Shown here piece after piece: positions 1 through 13,700 of a stretch of 64,000 nt of DNA (position 1 is its first letter; each line of letters begins with the position of its first letter). The stretch is from Phoronis australis (lineage: Eukaryota; Animalia; Phoronida): positions 743,820-807,819 of the forward strand of contig NMRA01000050.1 in NCBI GenBank assembly GCA_002633005.1, given 5' to 3'. The notes below the pieces were generated by a model. That model was not told where the DNA came from, ran no database searches, and saw nothing but the letters and a program-made list of their open reading frames with translations. Both the position numbers and the translations under genes were made by a program.

Positions 1-2630
1 AGTAAATAGAAAAATCCTTGTGAAGAATGTAATTAAACACATCCCTACGCTTAAAAATATCCTAAGCCCCTACAGTTCAATGTTATCCGCCAGTGATAAA
101 AGGTTTTAATTAGAAAGTATATGTTATGGCTGATCCCCACAAAAAACCACATTCACAGCTACATTCACATCCAAGAAGAAAATCAAACATCTTCTGCATA
201 AAGAACCAATAAACCCACCCAACTACCAGAAAAAATTACATAAAAAAGCGAACATTCTCCGTCAGAACAAATATCAATTATGTAATTAGTGGAGATAGTT
301 CCATTGAAGCTGCCCAAAATTTGTGCATATGTACTTTTAAAACCATGTGATCAAACTTGTTTACATGTGATTTTAATATCTTCATCTATTTTTAGATGAT
401 GTTTGCCTTTTTTGTTCTGGAGTCAATGCACTTTGAGGATTCTAGAAATTTCTGTGATCAGATCGTAACAAGCAATGACGTTATAGACATGATCAAGTGA
501 TTTCTCTAAGCCAATCGTTAAGTAAGTGCATAATAATAATTTTGAAAGGAGTCTGGAAAATAGCGAGATGAAACTTGGTTGTTGAAGCTGTAGGACTTTG
601 CGACTGGGCTTTGACAGTCAAGGTGAGAAGTTCAGTCAGATTTACAAATCAAGACACATATTATTCGAGCTTTAGTGGTTAGAAAACTAAATACTGATTC
701 CATAAAAGACTTCATTACCACTCTAAAATAAGGGCTGTCCGCAGACTCAGTAAGCTTCACTCGCTGAACACGCCGGTGCGGAAGGGTTAAGTTCTGACGG
801 CTTCAAACACGCAAGTCTGCCGATATGGCGACACTGACGACATCACGTAGCGGTCAAAGTCATTTTCCTTAATTATTTCCCAAAATAAATGCTCGTTTAT
901 TTGAGATTTTCATGTACTATTTAAAACCTCAAAAGAGCAAAAATCCATTGGAGGAACGCTTTAAAAGGCTGTCTATATTTAATAAAAAATCAATTAATGT
1001 TATCAATCCTGAGATCTTTTCTTTGGAAAATGCCATAGGATCACACAATCTTCAGGAAAGGCATATTTCCGCAAACAATTTTTTGAGTTGAAACAATTTT
1101 TGACTGCAGTATTTATGACCTGGTCTGTTTTAAAATGTTGGTCAAAAAGGACCAACTTAGTATTTTGTGGAGTGTTTCTGGAAAACTAAGCCTATCCCAA
1201 TATTACTCGAAGTTGTATTACAGCAAAATGTATTCACTTTGTAATGTACGGCATTAAAGAAGGTAGATATAATAAGTTTTCAATTTCTTCAAATTTTGGA
1301 CGTTACAACCTAGCCTACCCATAGTACCACAAATTTCCTATCAATTTTTACATGTGTACCAAGGATCTGATGACTGTCCCCATTCAAATTCCATACCTAT
1401 CCGCATATCCCTCATTCAAGGTCATCGCCATTTGGCCCTCCCCAGTCGCCCATGTGGGTGCAAACTATTTGGTCGGGTATGTATCCCCACCTCCTAAGAT
1501 TTTCAATTTATTTGCAAAAACTTTCCATTAGCAAGACATTTTTGATAATACACAATAAAGACGTGCCTGCCAAGCGACAAAAATTGATTAAGCTTTAAAA
1601 ACAACTCGCTTCTCTCAAAGATGTGCACGATAAAAAATAACGGAGTGGTGTTGAAACGTGCCTTAGAATATGACAGATAGTTTCACAACACAAAATATAG
1701 TAACTTAATTTTAGATGTTCTTTTTGCCGTAAAAACAACTGCGCATTCTTCTCCACTAACCAATGCCTTGGCTAACGTGTGATCTATATTCTAAAAAAGA
1801 TCACCTATTCGCAATTCTCCGACAAAGATTTCTTCAAAGCATGCTTAGTTAGCAAGTGGGTGAACCAAAAAGTTACATTTCCATCATTTTCGAGTTCATA
1901 ACAAGCCTGCAAAACGAGAAGACTGGAGTGTCTTCACGAATAGCAGCCAGTTCCGGGTTCGACTTCCGGACAGGGCAGAAATCTTCAGACTCATGTCCAT
2001 TGGGTCACGTGACGTGAGGTACAGGTGACGTGCAGACCACGTTTAAAAATGTTTGTAATATTTCATAGATGTATACATCGGTAAGTTATTGGTAAGCAAG
2101 GAATATGCCTACCGACTCAGCCGCGAGTAAAGACGGATCCCAACAAACGTCCCAATTGTGGGTTTCTGAGGTCACCAGTGGCCGGTTGCATGGAACAGTC
2201 CCCAACTAAGGCCCGTAAGTCATGCTGCGTATTTGTGTCTTTATGGACCCACAGATGCAATATTTTTCTAACATTTTATCTTTACTGTGATATCCTCTTT
2301 GATTCAAGACATTTTCTAGTAATATAACTAAAAACTGCACCCAGAGTTCATTGAAAATAAAGGACTCAGTCATTAAATTGAGGGTGGTGCATGAAAATAT
2401 CCCTAATTATTTTCTATAATATTGACAATTCAACGTAGAGTTCACTGTCGATTTATATCAAAGTCCAAATTTGACTTAGTAATAAAACTATAACAATACA
2501 AGAAAGGGCAATCGATATTTTCACAAGTTCAAAAATACGAAGTAGATTTTGGGAGCATAGTTGAATCCCTATTTAGAACTGTTTTATGCAACCGAGCACA
2601 AAGTCACTGTCAATGCAACTCGAGACGATG

Positions 2631-3563
2631 TTACTCCGAACATGGTTTGAAGTGCGATTTATAGTAGAAGACGAGCTTTTCCATGTCAATCCCAGTCTTT
2701 TTTAATAACTCCAATCCGCTGTAAATTGCAAGACTGCGTTGTGACCTGTTCTTTCCGTCTAAGTTAGCATGTTCAGAAATTTCTGCAAAACCATCTGGTT
2801 GACAATCTATATTGAGACGCTTCAAAAGAAGAATCACAGCTATACGCGCTGAGTCGATATTGAATTTTTTGGTCATCTTAGCATTCTTCTTCAAGTCGAT
2901 GCCGAGGAGATTTAACTCTTTTTTGTCCGACGGCATCATTTCCAGAAACAAACCCTGTCCAATTTCGGTAAGTTTTTCCAAATCTATTCCAGCTTGTTTT
3001 AAAAACTCCAACCCGGTTGTTATCGCAAGGAGGTGCTTATCAGAGGTGTCCAACTCACCCAGATCCAATTCTACCAACCGTAACAGATCTTTACACAATT
3101 GTGTTGAGACGTCCAATTCTACGGGGATGTTCTGTGATCTGATGTCATGTCCTGACAATCGAAGAAGCTCCAGACCCGCCTGTAGCAACAACTCGATGTA
3201 GCAAGGATTCGCAATGCTAACCCGACTGACGGCATCTTTTATTGACTGCACGGCTATGATGTCTGCTGCACTGCGGCTGAATAGACTGGAGATCTCTATT
3301 TTAGAAATATCAATCCCAGTGTTGTAAAGGAGAACAGCACCTGCCCTCCGCACAAGGTCTACAGTTGATTCATCCGTCAGGTTTACGGAAGACAGTTTTT
3401 CAAGATCTATGCCAAGAAACTGTGCTGTGATGTTATGATCTTCGTTTGTGAATCAAAGACCGTCATATTCAAAACAACAAATGTCGAACCCAGTGCGCTT
3501 CAAAAGCTTAAGTGCCAATTGACGCGTGATTTTTAATGCCATGCGATTTGTCTCGAGGGGTGC
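2631..3563 (-). pseudogene. In-frame continuation of the terminal exon beyond the first stop (311 codons, second TGA at 3453-3455, final TAA at 2631-2633)
   Basis: Same frame as 3564..4763 (3566-3353 = 213 nt = 71 codons). The same GLELLKxxGIDLxKL repeat continues through ORF 2631..3353. Confidence 0.7.
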
Positions 3564-4747
3564 TCACAAGTCACCTGTTTCGTGACGAGTTCTACTCTTA
3601 TGGGGATCTGTATTCTCTGCTACACCTACGGTTTTACTTTTTTTCTTCGTGCGACCATGGAATGAAACGCGCACTGCTTTTGTTACGTCTTCCATTTTTG
3701 AGGATTTGCGTGTTTGATCGAGATCAAGTTCTATATGTTTCAATAAATCCATCCCCACCTCTTTGAGAGCATCTAATTCCTTTGGCCAAAGGGTTTTTCT
3801 GTATGCAGCTGAATTTAGTTTCAGCCCTAACTGTTCCAATTGTTTTACCTCGGCATCTGACAAGTCTTCCAGTTGTGAGTGACCAACCAATTGTTTTCCA
3901 AATTTTTTCGAAATGTTAACATTGGCTCTTCTCAGTAGCTCAACTCCAACGGCAACTGCCAACTTGGTATCCTGCTTCGTTGATAAAACACAACTGCGAT
4001 ACTTATTTAAATCAATACCTAGTGTCATCATGAAAACCATTTTTTCATATTCTGTGAGTGGCATGCGATCTAATTGAGTTTTGCTCTCGTTCAATTCGAT
4101 TCGATTGTCCAGACGTGTTTGAAATCTAGACATTCTAGTACCGGATTTCGGAATGCGACTCTGACTTTTGATTTTCGCAATTTCATTAAGTGGCTCCATA
4201 GCCTTAACGACTTTGGATTTGGATTTTTTCTTTAACCGATCTTGCAACATTTTTGGTAGCTTTTTACTTCCTCCTGATTTTGCCTTTTTCATTGGAGCAT
4301 TCATGCTCAGCGAAAAAAGCACTCGTTTTTTCACGTTTGCACCACCCGTTTGTCTTTTAAAAATTGACCTATCCACTGTACTTTCAGGTTTTTGTTGTAC
4401 CGTTTTTGTCACACTACTGTCAGACACGTCGCTAGACATTTTCCTGGGAATCACGGAGATTCTACGTCTCTCACCAGCTACGAGATACGCCGCTAGTTCA
4501 TCTAATAAAAGATTGGTATCTTGGAACGATCCACTCGAGGACGTGGCATTAGGACTCAGATGTAAATCCTCGTACTCATAAGCGATTGCATCAGCAGCAC
4601 ATCCTTGATAAGCTACATCGTCGTAATCAAATATCACGTGGCAGCGTGGAGACTTTCTTTTCAGAAAGCGATTGCCAATCACTGCGGCAAAAGTACCTGC
4701 GATCACTAGTACGGCCAAACTGGAAAAACTTGCGACCAAAGCATGAT
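3564..4747 (-). CDS. Terminal exon: TM helix (LVASFSSLAVLVIAGTFAAVIG), basic stop-transfer (NRFLKRK), Tyr motifs, Lys-rich linker, Leu-rich repeats
   Basis: Acceptor gttttcttttcag|AT CAT (phase 1) at 4748; matches ORF 3564..4763; first TGA at 3564-3566. Confidence 0.8.
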
Positions 4748-7700
4748 CTGAAAAGAAAACCAATGAGTTGGATGCTATGTTGAATTGTTACATGTCATGA
4801 ATAAATATCATAAATATATAATCAACAAGTTATGAAAAAACCAGTACATTTTGCTGAAATCTCTGCAAACGATATGAGCATAATTGTTTATGATGACAAA
4901 TTTTGGAGCAAGATCTGCGAAACAATTAAAATTGGACGGGAAACCCCTTCTCGTGACGAAGACTGGGGCTATAATCTTACCGTTGTCAACCATAAACTGG
5001 TTGCCTGTAGCCTAAAAGCTAAATGTGTTTAGTTGGTTATCATGTGTGGGATGAGTCTGGAGCTCTTACGTTGACGATGCCACGTCAGCCCTCATTGAAA
5101 AACAACCTGGGATAGGTTTGAAGCCATGGGTTTTTTAAATAGTTTCATCCCGCCTCCTTGTAATAAGCTTATTAACTACGCAAACACTAATAGTCATGAA
5201 TGCTTGAATTCGGCTACGAACAATTTTGGTATTATACTAAGTATTTCTTCTTCAATTTTTGTATTTAATCAAGAAATAAACAAAACATTATAAAACTGTG
5301 ACGTCATCAGTGGAAGTCCAGTCCCCATTATGTTGTTTCACACCAGCCGCGAGCCAGTGTGGTCTTGAAAACTGCGTTTAAGTACTTTGAAAAGTTGCAT
5401 GTTTGGATGATGTAGTAATAACAATCGGAGAGAAAATCGCTCAGAAATGGTTCGTGCGTCAGACGCGGGTATGACAGTACTGGATGGAGCAAGCGACCAG
5501 TTCATTGCCACGCTGTGCTCAAACCATACTGAAGAATCACTTGGTGAAGGTTTCTCCAACGTAAGTGCACTTGATGGACAAAAAGTGTATTGTGTTGTGC
5601 CATTGCTGGGAGCGTAGTTGTGAGGCACATGTTGAGTATGAGCCCCAGCAGGAAATTGTGACTGAGATAATGAATGTGATTGCAGTAAGTTCCTATCAGT
5701 CAATTCTTGTTCAAGATTGTGTGAGAATGCAATGCTATCCACATATACGTCACTGCCCAATAGAAAAAAATGGAATGTAGATGCCAGGCAATTAGTTCGA
5801 GGTCGCGACCGCAGCCGGCACAGAGGCAGGAATCAGACACTGGACCTAAATAATCGACGAATCACAACAGTACATTAATCAGATATATCGTTCGTGATCA
5901 ACGCACTTAGCATCCAATAAATACACAAAACGTGCCGACAGTGGCGTAGGTTAAAGTAATATCCGAGGTTGATACGCGGAATGATATCGAGTAGGATATT
6001 ACTTCATGTACGCCAATAGAGGTAAGTTTTGAATTTATCACATACTCTTCGAATTCCTGAGTTTCTTTCATTTTTCGGGAGATTTTTTAAATACTTCACT
6101 CAGACTGTTCACGTGGCGGATCACATCCAGTGGATGTACTTGCCGCGTTAGGTTACAAGTTTTCTCTATTAAAAGAAACAGTTTAAAATGTAACGACTTA
6201 TTACTTGAAAAAGAGATAACAGAGATGAAAACAACGATAACTGTGAATTGACCTAGTTAAATAACAACATTTGATATTGTAGTTATCAAGGAATCTACTT
6301 TTTTGGAGTTTTTGTTTCTCCGAGGCGGACCTATTTGACCACTTTGCCAAATAGAGGGGGGGGGGCACATGTGTTAGAAACCGTGTGTGGAATGAATGGC
6401 ACTGTCTTCATCAACAGATGCAGCAAGACGCCAGACATCGAAATTCGGAGCTCAAAGCGGCGACCTATTATCGGTGTAGGACATCTATTGTCTCGTTTGA
6501 ATAACTGCATTCATTACCGTGACGGCGTTTTGCCGTTCAGTGACTTTTCCACACATGAGAGGTGTGAGCGTGTGTTAACACCTGGCTCCTTTCATAGCTG
6601 CCCAGCACAGCCTTTTGTCCCGTAGGACAACATGCAGGCCAATTATCTCCCAGTCTTCAAAGGGTTGCAGAAGCCTGGCAGACCTACTTTCGACACCGGG
6701 TAGAGGTTTTCAACAACAACGCGTTGGTAAAACGTTTGGACAGAATAGATTGTCTTAACTACCGTTGTAGATGGGCGATTTTGCAGACGAGGAATTCAGA
6801 AATGCTATTGGTTTATGTTCAAATACATGTATGATATAACTTAACTTTCATTTTTAGCAGCACAGTCCACTCAGGCTAGTTACGATCTGATCGGGGATTA
6901 GAGCAATTATCGAACAAAAGAGCGCAGGCCCTCCAACCATAAATGCCTGAATGGAGTTAATCAGTCGTGTAAAATATTGACTACAGGGTTCATCTTCCCA
7001 ACTTGTTGGGCTTTAGAAACGAACAAGTTGGGAGCAACGGGAAAACACCCCATGACCGTCATGGGTACATGCTAACGTGTATGGTCTTCGCCAGCATTGC
7101 CGCTATGAATAGTAATTTGAATGTCAGTGGCTTTTCAATGCCTGCGTCCGGACCGTGCTCCCACTTTTGTGTAACTGCGTCAAGTCGAACTTTAGGTGTG
7201 ATTTTGAACGCCATTCGTGCGACGTCGTTTGAGACACCTACCTGGACAGGCATTAGGCGAGACGCAGACAGTGGTTTCATTGGCTAACCCGACACAGAAT
7301 TGACCTCGAGGCGACGGAGGTGGGTTGTTGCAGACGCGTTCTCGCCGTTTTATACCTTCCTCACAAGTAACACTGCAGACACTCCAACTGGCCCAAGGTG
7401 ACCACTCTCCGTTGACTGAAACAAAATGGGTAGACGCGTTCACAGCCATGACGTTTCGTCTCGCATGGCTACATGTACTTATTCAGTAGAGTCTTAATAT
7501 TTAGAAGTTTTACAAGTTTCGGGAACACTAACGACGAGACATCGATTTACTCAGTGTATTTGGTATGTTAGATTCCAGGAACGGTTCCAGAAAGTTTAAG
7601 ATGGCTGCTTCATCGCCAATTTCTACATAATAAGTCAATCGGTGAAAAAATCTTATGGGACGCGTGCTTAATGTAACTACTTACGACCACATATCGCCAT

Positions 7701-10700
7701 GAAAATAAGCTTTTTATACGATGATATAGTCAAGCACACAAGCCGGGAGCGATACGTGCATAACATAAGACTCCAGACAATCACTCCAAAAAGAACATGT
7801 TCTAACCATAACTTCTGAGAAACAAAAGCTAACCTTAAATATTTTCACGAGAAATAATTTAAGGAAAATTAAGTTTGTTAAAATTCTAGTTTTTATGCGT
7901 GTGTGTGTGCCTGTGTGGTCGCATACTGTCGTCACTTTGTCCGGGCTTCCATGCGTCCTGACGTCCGTCTGTCTGCTTGATATCTGGTCGTCATGCTACT
8001 TTTCAGTCTGCCTTGCCCCTGTGGTTAAGAGGACTTGGCTTTTTCTGTATTTTTGGGAAGAGTGTTTCGGATGATATCTAGAGAATCGACAAAGGTATGT
8101 AATATCAATTCGCAGGCATGATTAAATTATAAATTTTCGGCCACATTCGACCACTATAGTAACTACTCCTAGTGGCCATTTTGTTCACGACGAGAGGCTT
8201 TCCAAGTGTTGTTTTGGGGGTTAAGAGCATTTACGGATGATATCTAGTGAACCAATCGGCAGATTAAATTGAAACTTTACAGTGGTATATGATGCGATTT
8301 CACCGACCCGATTTCATTTGTGGCTAGTGCCTACTTGTGACCATTTTGTATGAGAGCGTTCCAGATATGTAGAGATCCCAGTGACTGATTTTATAAAAGT
8401 TAACATAGAGGTTTGTAATGATAATGCGGCGGCAACATCAAATTTCCGACGGATTCGAACACTTTTGGCCATCTTGTTTTCGACATGGGATTTTGAAGTG
8501 TTCTTTTTGGGAAGAGCGTTTCCGGATGAAATCAGAAGAGCCGAGAGACATAATTCGTTGAAACTTAACACAAAGGTATATTACATGAATGCGCCGACAC
8601 CATATGATTTTCGGCAGGATTCGTCTACTGCAGTGCCTCTTAGTGACATTTTGCGTGAGAGCGTTTCCGAATGATACGCAAAGGACCGAGTGAAAGTTGA
8701 CACAAAGATTTGTGATGACAATGCAGAGGCACCATTAAATTTTCGGCGGATTCGACCACTTTTGTACCTGATTACGGGGTTTTTGTTTATAACATGGGCT
8801 TCTGACTCGTTGTTTGAGGGAAGAGTGTTTCAGGACGATATCTAAAGAACCCATTGGCGGATTTCATCGACACCCGAGGAGGTCTATTAGGAGAATATAT
8901 CGGCACCATTTGATTTCCCTCCGGATTCAACATCTGCAATGCTTCCTAGTGGCCATTTTGTGCGAAACCGTTTCTGTGTGTGATATGTAAAGAACAAAAA
9001 GAACGATTTTAATGAAAGTTGACACAGAGGTTTGTGATGACAATGCAACGGAATCAGCTGATTCGACTATTGCAGCACCTACTGGTGGCTCTTAGAAACA
9101 TATTATATGGGATGCACCGTGGCTCCAAGCGTTGCTCTTGTTCAGATAAAGTATCAACTTCATCAGAAATCTTAAACGCTGCAAAGTATGAAACTGGCTT
9201 TTATAAACCTAAGTTATTAAAATAATGAAAATTGAAATTCTTTACATAACTCATGATTCTTACAAAGCTTCAGTTTTCCAAAAAATCAAAAATTAAATTT
9301 TCATGTTTTCTTTGATGAAGTTTTCTGCGACGCTTCAAATTATTCATACGATCAAGGAAGAGTTCACACTGGCCAAAAAGAAAGCCCCTCATGCGAAAGA
9401 ACACTTTGAAAACAATTCCTCACAACCTTTTTGGAAAACTGCACAAAGCATCGGATTGTTCCATATAAACCCAGTCAGTCATTACTGAGATCAGGTTTTG
9501 AAGTTAGCCAAAGTTGGAAATTTCTCTGGGGTTCCAAAAAGCAATGTCCAGTACTTAACTTACACGTAGTCATAACCGTTACGTTGTTATGAGCCTCTAA
9601 GGTATCGTCGTAGGTATTCCATGCAGTGCAGGCCACGAACGTGTCATCCTCAGCGACTCGGTGAGACACCAAGCTTATGAAGTATTTCTCAGAACGCACT
9701 TCGGTGGCCAAGGTCTCCTTGGTAAGCGTGTTAGAAAATGCCCACTTAAACTTGGCATTGGGATATACCGTGTCTGTGGTGCACTTAAACTGGTACGTAT
9801 TACCGGCAAGCACTTTCCACGCCTTTTCATAAATCGTGGGCTCCACGATAGACAGAGATACAGATTTTGGCCCAACTGCAAAAAGGAACAACTTCCCCAG
9901 AAAAACAGAGTCAAAAGTTCATGCACTCATTAAATAAACAGCAAGTCTACAGTACATATGCGTTTGAACAAAAAAGTCTAGCAAGTAGTTTGCTTTGGGA
10001 AGCGGCTTTGAAGGAAACGACCCAGTTGCATACATTGCAAGTGTTTCAGAAAAAAAAACACGCAGGAAAAATAAAGGAACAATAAATCCGGTTTTGACGA
10101 GTTCACCAAAGGTTGATGGCGTCACCTATCTATGAAACATTGAAGTTTCCCAGAAAGAAAAAAACATTATAAAACAAATCGTATTTTAGACGGAGACTTT
10201 GCTTCACTCGCCACAAACGTTACTTACGCTTGCTAGTTTAGAATATTTTGTAACGAACGTACAAACTTGCTACAAACTTTTGAGGATTGAAAACGTATAC
10301 AAATCATTGCTTAATTTTTAGATTTAAATGAAGGTGTAGTTACTCTATGTTTAAAGGACATCACAGCAGCGAAATGTCTGTTAAGTTATTCTCAAACCCG
10401 AAACCCCCAAAAGCAAGGAATACTGATTTAAATCAATTGTTAAGTCAATAGCGTTGAGAGTTGCAGTGCACCGTATTAGAGTAAGTTTTCCATGTTAAAT
10501 GTATATGTATTGAAAAAGAATGCAATTTACATATCGAGTAATTGTCATGCTGTGAAAAGCTGGTTCGCATTTTGTCACTTGAAACATGAGCGTTCTGTGT
10601 GACAGGTCGTAACGACGTCTCTGCGTCTCGCTGGAAACCGGGCTGCGTTGCTTTGTACATGTACCATTTGCGTTTTAGAGAAAACATTGGGTTGGAAGTA

Positions 10701-13700
10701 ACTTTCTGTTTGTACTACTCTTGCTATAACGTCTTCATCATTGACATTCACATTGTTATGAGTAATGGAATACCTTGGGTGTTGCCCCTTGCGCGCTGAT
10801 ATTGTCTGCTATTACATATATGTGCACTGTAGTTTATCCTTATGTAAAAGTAAGTAAGTAATTTTTTTATTATAGTGACATGTCTTCATGTGTTATGATT
10901 GCAGTAAAAGACCTTGGCGTAAAAATCGTCGTCTCCGAAGTGGAACTGCGGCAACACAATTAGCTATACCACTTTTGAAGTGGTTAGTGGTCAAATCCCC
11001 AAGTTAGTGATATAACGCCAAGTTGGATTTGACAGAGTTTTTGTGTTACAGACAAATTATGTTAAGTCAATCGATAAAAACCTTTAAGATTCTTTGTTTT
11101 ATTTGGATAGGATAAAAACATGCTCATCATCAGCTTGTCTACCACATGATCCTCTAAAACAATAAACAAGAGGTATAAAATATTAATAATTGAAATTAAT
11201 TAAGAATAAATAACTACAATTATAGGATGAGATATGTAAACGTGAGAATGACCAAGTACAAGAGAATGATTATAAATATTAATTAGTATAATTATATATT
11301 CAGTAAATTAAGTGAGAGATGAGATAAGAGGGATTGTTTAAGACAATCAGTCTATTTAATGTAGTCAGGTAAAAAAATCCAGCTTCTCTAAAATGCTTCG
11401 GTAACCGTGACGTATTTGAAGAGCATAAGAAGGTCCCGGCTTACTTACAGCGTATGCTTGCCTATAAAGTTCCATTCAACAAATCCCAAACTAACTAATT
11501 TTAATTACAGGGAAGTTCAACTACAACAAACGTTTTAGAAACGTGCCGGGAGGGTTCGTTGTAACGAGAGTCGATTGCAATTAAACAAATAAATAAAAAT
11601 AAGTAAATGAAAAACGATCGGACGGAGCGACACGTGTCCATGTCGACTGAAAATGGACTTTGACTACGGAAATGGACACCGCCGGTGACGACTAAGGCAT
11701 CGTCGCCGACACTTTTATCAACTTTGACGCTATCGTGAGCAATAACTCTTTTGTCATCCAAGGGGTATTTGCGCGTGCTTAAAATGCTGTTTGACGTTGG
11801 AAAAGTCCTACAGCAAAAATACCATGTACCTTGTATTGTGGATGTTTGGAAAAAGGAGAGAAAGGACGGCGTCAGTAAAGGGTATCAGTATCTTGGAAAT
11901 ATTATTGACCATCTTTTTCTTGGGCGATGAAAGCATTCCAACACATGCCTAAAACACAAATTGGGAGCGCATGAAATCCATTCCTTTTCTATCGGTTTCG
12001 GGGTGCTTGCTCAAAGAAGTATATAGAGGGAATGCTTAATGACGTGATATACAGTGCATGCGCGCACCCAGCCTTTAATATGGGGGGCTCGAATCTCTGA
12101 AAAAGTGGACCTTTTGCTAACAAAAAACGGGAGGACTAAAAAAACGGTACCGCCTTCAGGTTTGTGAACTGTGCGTCTGCGCCTTTTTGGTGTACTTTTG
12201 TCTCGTTTTGTTGGACTTTTTTTTGTTTCTCTTAGGCGGACCTTTTTTACCCACTTTGCCAAATGGGGGGGGGGGGGTGCTCTTTCCAGCCCCTCCGAGC
12301 CCCCCTGGTGTTGTCAGAATTAAATTGGTATATTAAAAATCACAACACATGTTGTTTACTGCTGTGAATAGAATAAAGGGCCTTGAGATTCATATAAAGT
12401 ACTCGACCACAACACAAACGTTCAGTGATTGCTGTAAGAAGAACTCTTTACAAGTAATGCGTTCCCAATAATTACATTCTCGGGATTCTTCGGCGAAATA
12501 TCGATCATTTTGAATTTTTCACGGAAAGATTTTGTTTTGTTGTTCTTATTTTCTTCAATAAAAGCTGGTACACAGGTTCACAGCTTCCAATACTATTGAA
12601 CTATAAGCCAGTCCCACTGTTCTTTATTGTTCTCAGGTCGAATGTATGGATTCTGGTTTGTGTGAATTTTTATGATTATATACAGGAACTAGATTCTGAT
12701 GTAAAACATACATTGAAATGAACAATTATAAAAATTTTAGAAATAGGTATGAACAACAAACTATCTGTACGTATATTGAAGTAGATTACCACGCATTCGC
12801 CGGACAAATATAACTCTTTTACGGACTTTCTTGAAAAGATGCAGGCCTATCACATGCGCACATTCAAAATTTCCTCCGTGTACCTTAGGTGACGTAAAGG
12901 CTTCAAAAAGTCAGCAGTGTACGGCGGAATGTTACTTTCAATTGTAAGAAAGGAAAGTTTTCTCTTGTGTTAGTCATAAAATTTCTAGCTTACAAATTAC
13001 CATTTAATTATATCAGTGATTCACGGATTTCACTATTAATTGCTTTGGAACAACAAATTCAAACACCAAATAATTGACTGTCATCTCCTCTAGCCAAACG
13101 CAGTTTCGATTTTGCATTTCCAAGTTATTGTTTCTTGTGTTTAATATTCCAAATGCCATATAATCCCACCATTTTTGTACATTAAAAGAACTTTGATTAT
13201 GCCCAATCATTTATTTGGAAAATGATGTATAAATTTTAACTGGAAACTAACCCTGGTAATCAAATTCTTGAGAACGGATTGGTCATTTTTAATCCAGAAC
13301 GGCAGTCATTACCTTAGATATAGAGTTGGGTACCTAGCCTCGTTTTTTGGGGATTTATAAACAATATGTTTACCAAATTTAATGCTTGTATCAAATAAGA
13401 ACAATTTGTCGCCTTTTGGTTTTTAGCCGCTGTACGAAGGTCATAATAATAATTTCTCGGCCTCACCCAGAAAACAACGCGATAGCAACTAAATTTGACT
13501 TTTATTTCTCAATATAATCTCCGTTACATCAATGCATTTCTGCCATCTGTGCTCCAGTTTTGCAATGCCTTCGTAAAAGAAACTTTTGTCGAACCCCTCA
13601 AAATACTCCTCCACTACACTCATGACGTATACTGGCGTCCACACAAGTAGACCTTCAAATGTGGAAACAAATAAAAATAAGACGGGGTCAGGTCTGGAGA

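Noticed and set aside
2000-3566. Selenocysteine recoding of the two TGA codons
   Set aside because: No SECIS-like stem was recognisable by eye downstream, and the positions do not align with Cys or redox motifs. Kept only as a test in the findings.
2812-4581. + strand ORFs 2812..3201 and 4168..4581
   Set aside because: Antisense shadows of the terminal exon, with non-ATG starts.
6380-7200. Possible further decayed modules (FCPN..., CPTP, YTLACTHDG sushi-like)
   Set aside because: Motifs are too short and need multiple frameshifts; indistinguishable from chance by eye.
12560-12610. IVLEAVNL resembling VVLEAVNI of the 15 kb exon
   Set aside because: An eight-residue match with no flanking similarity or splice sites.
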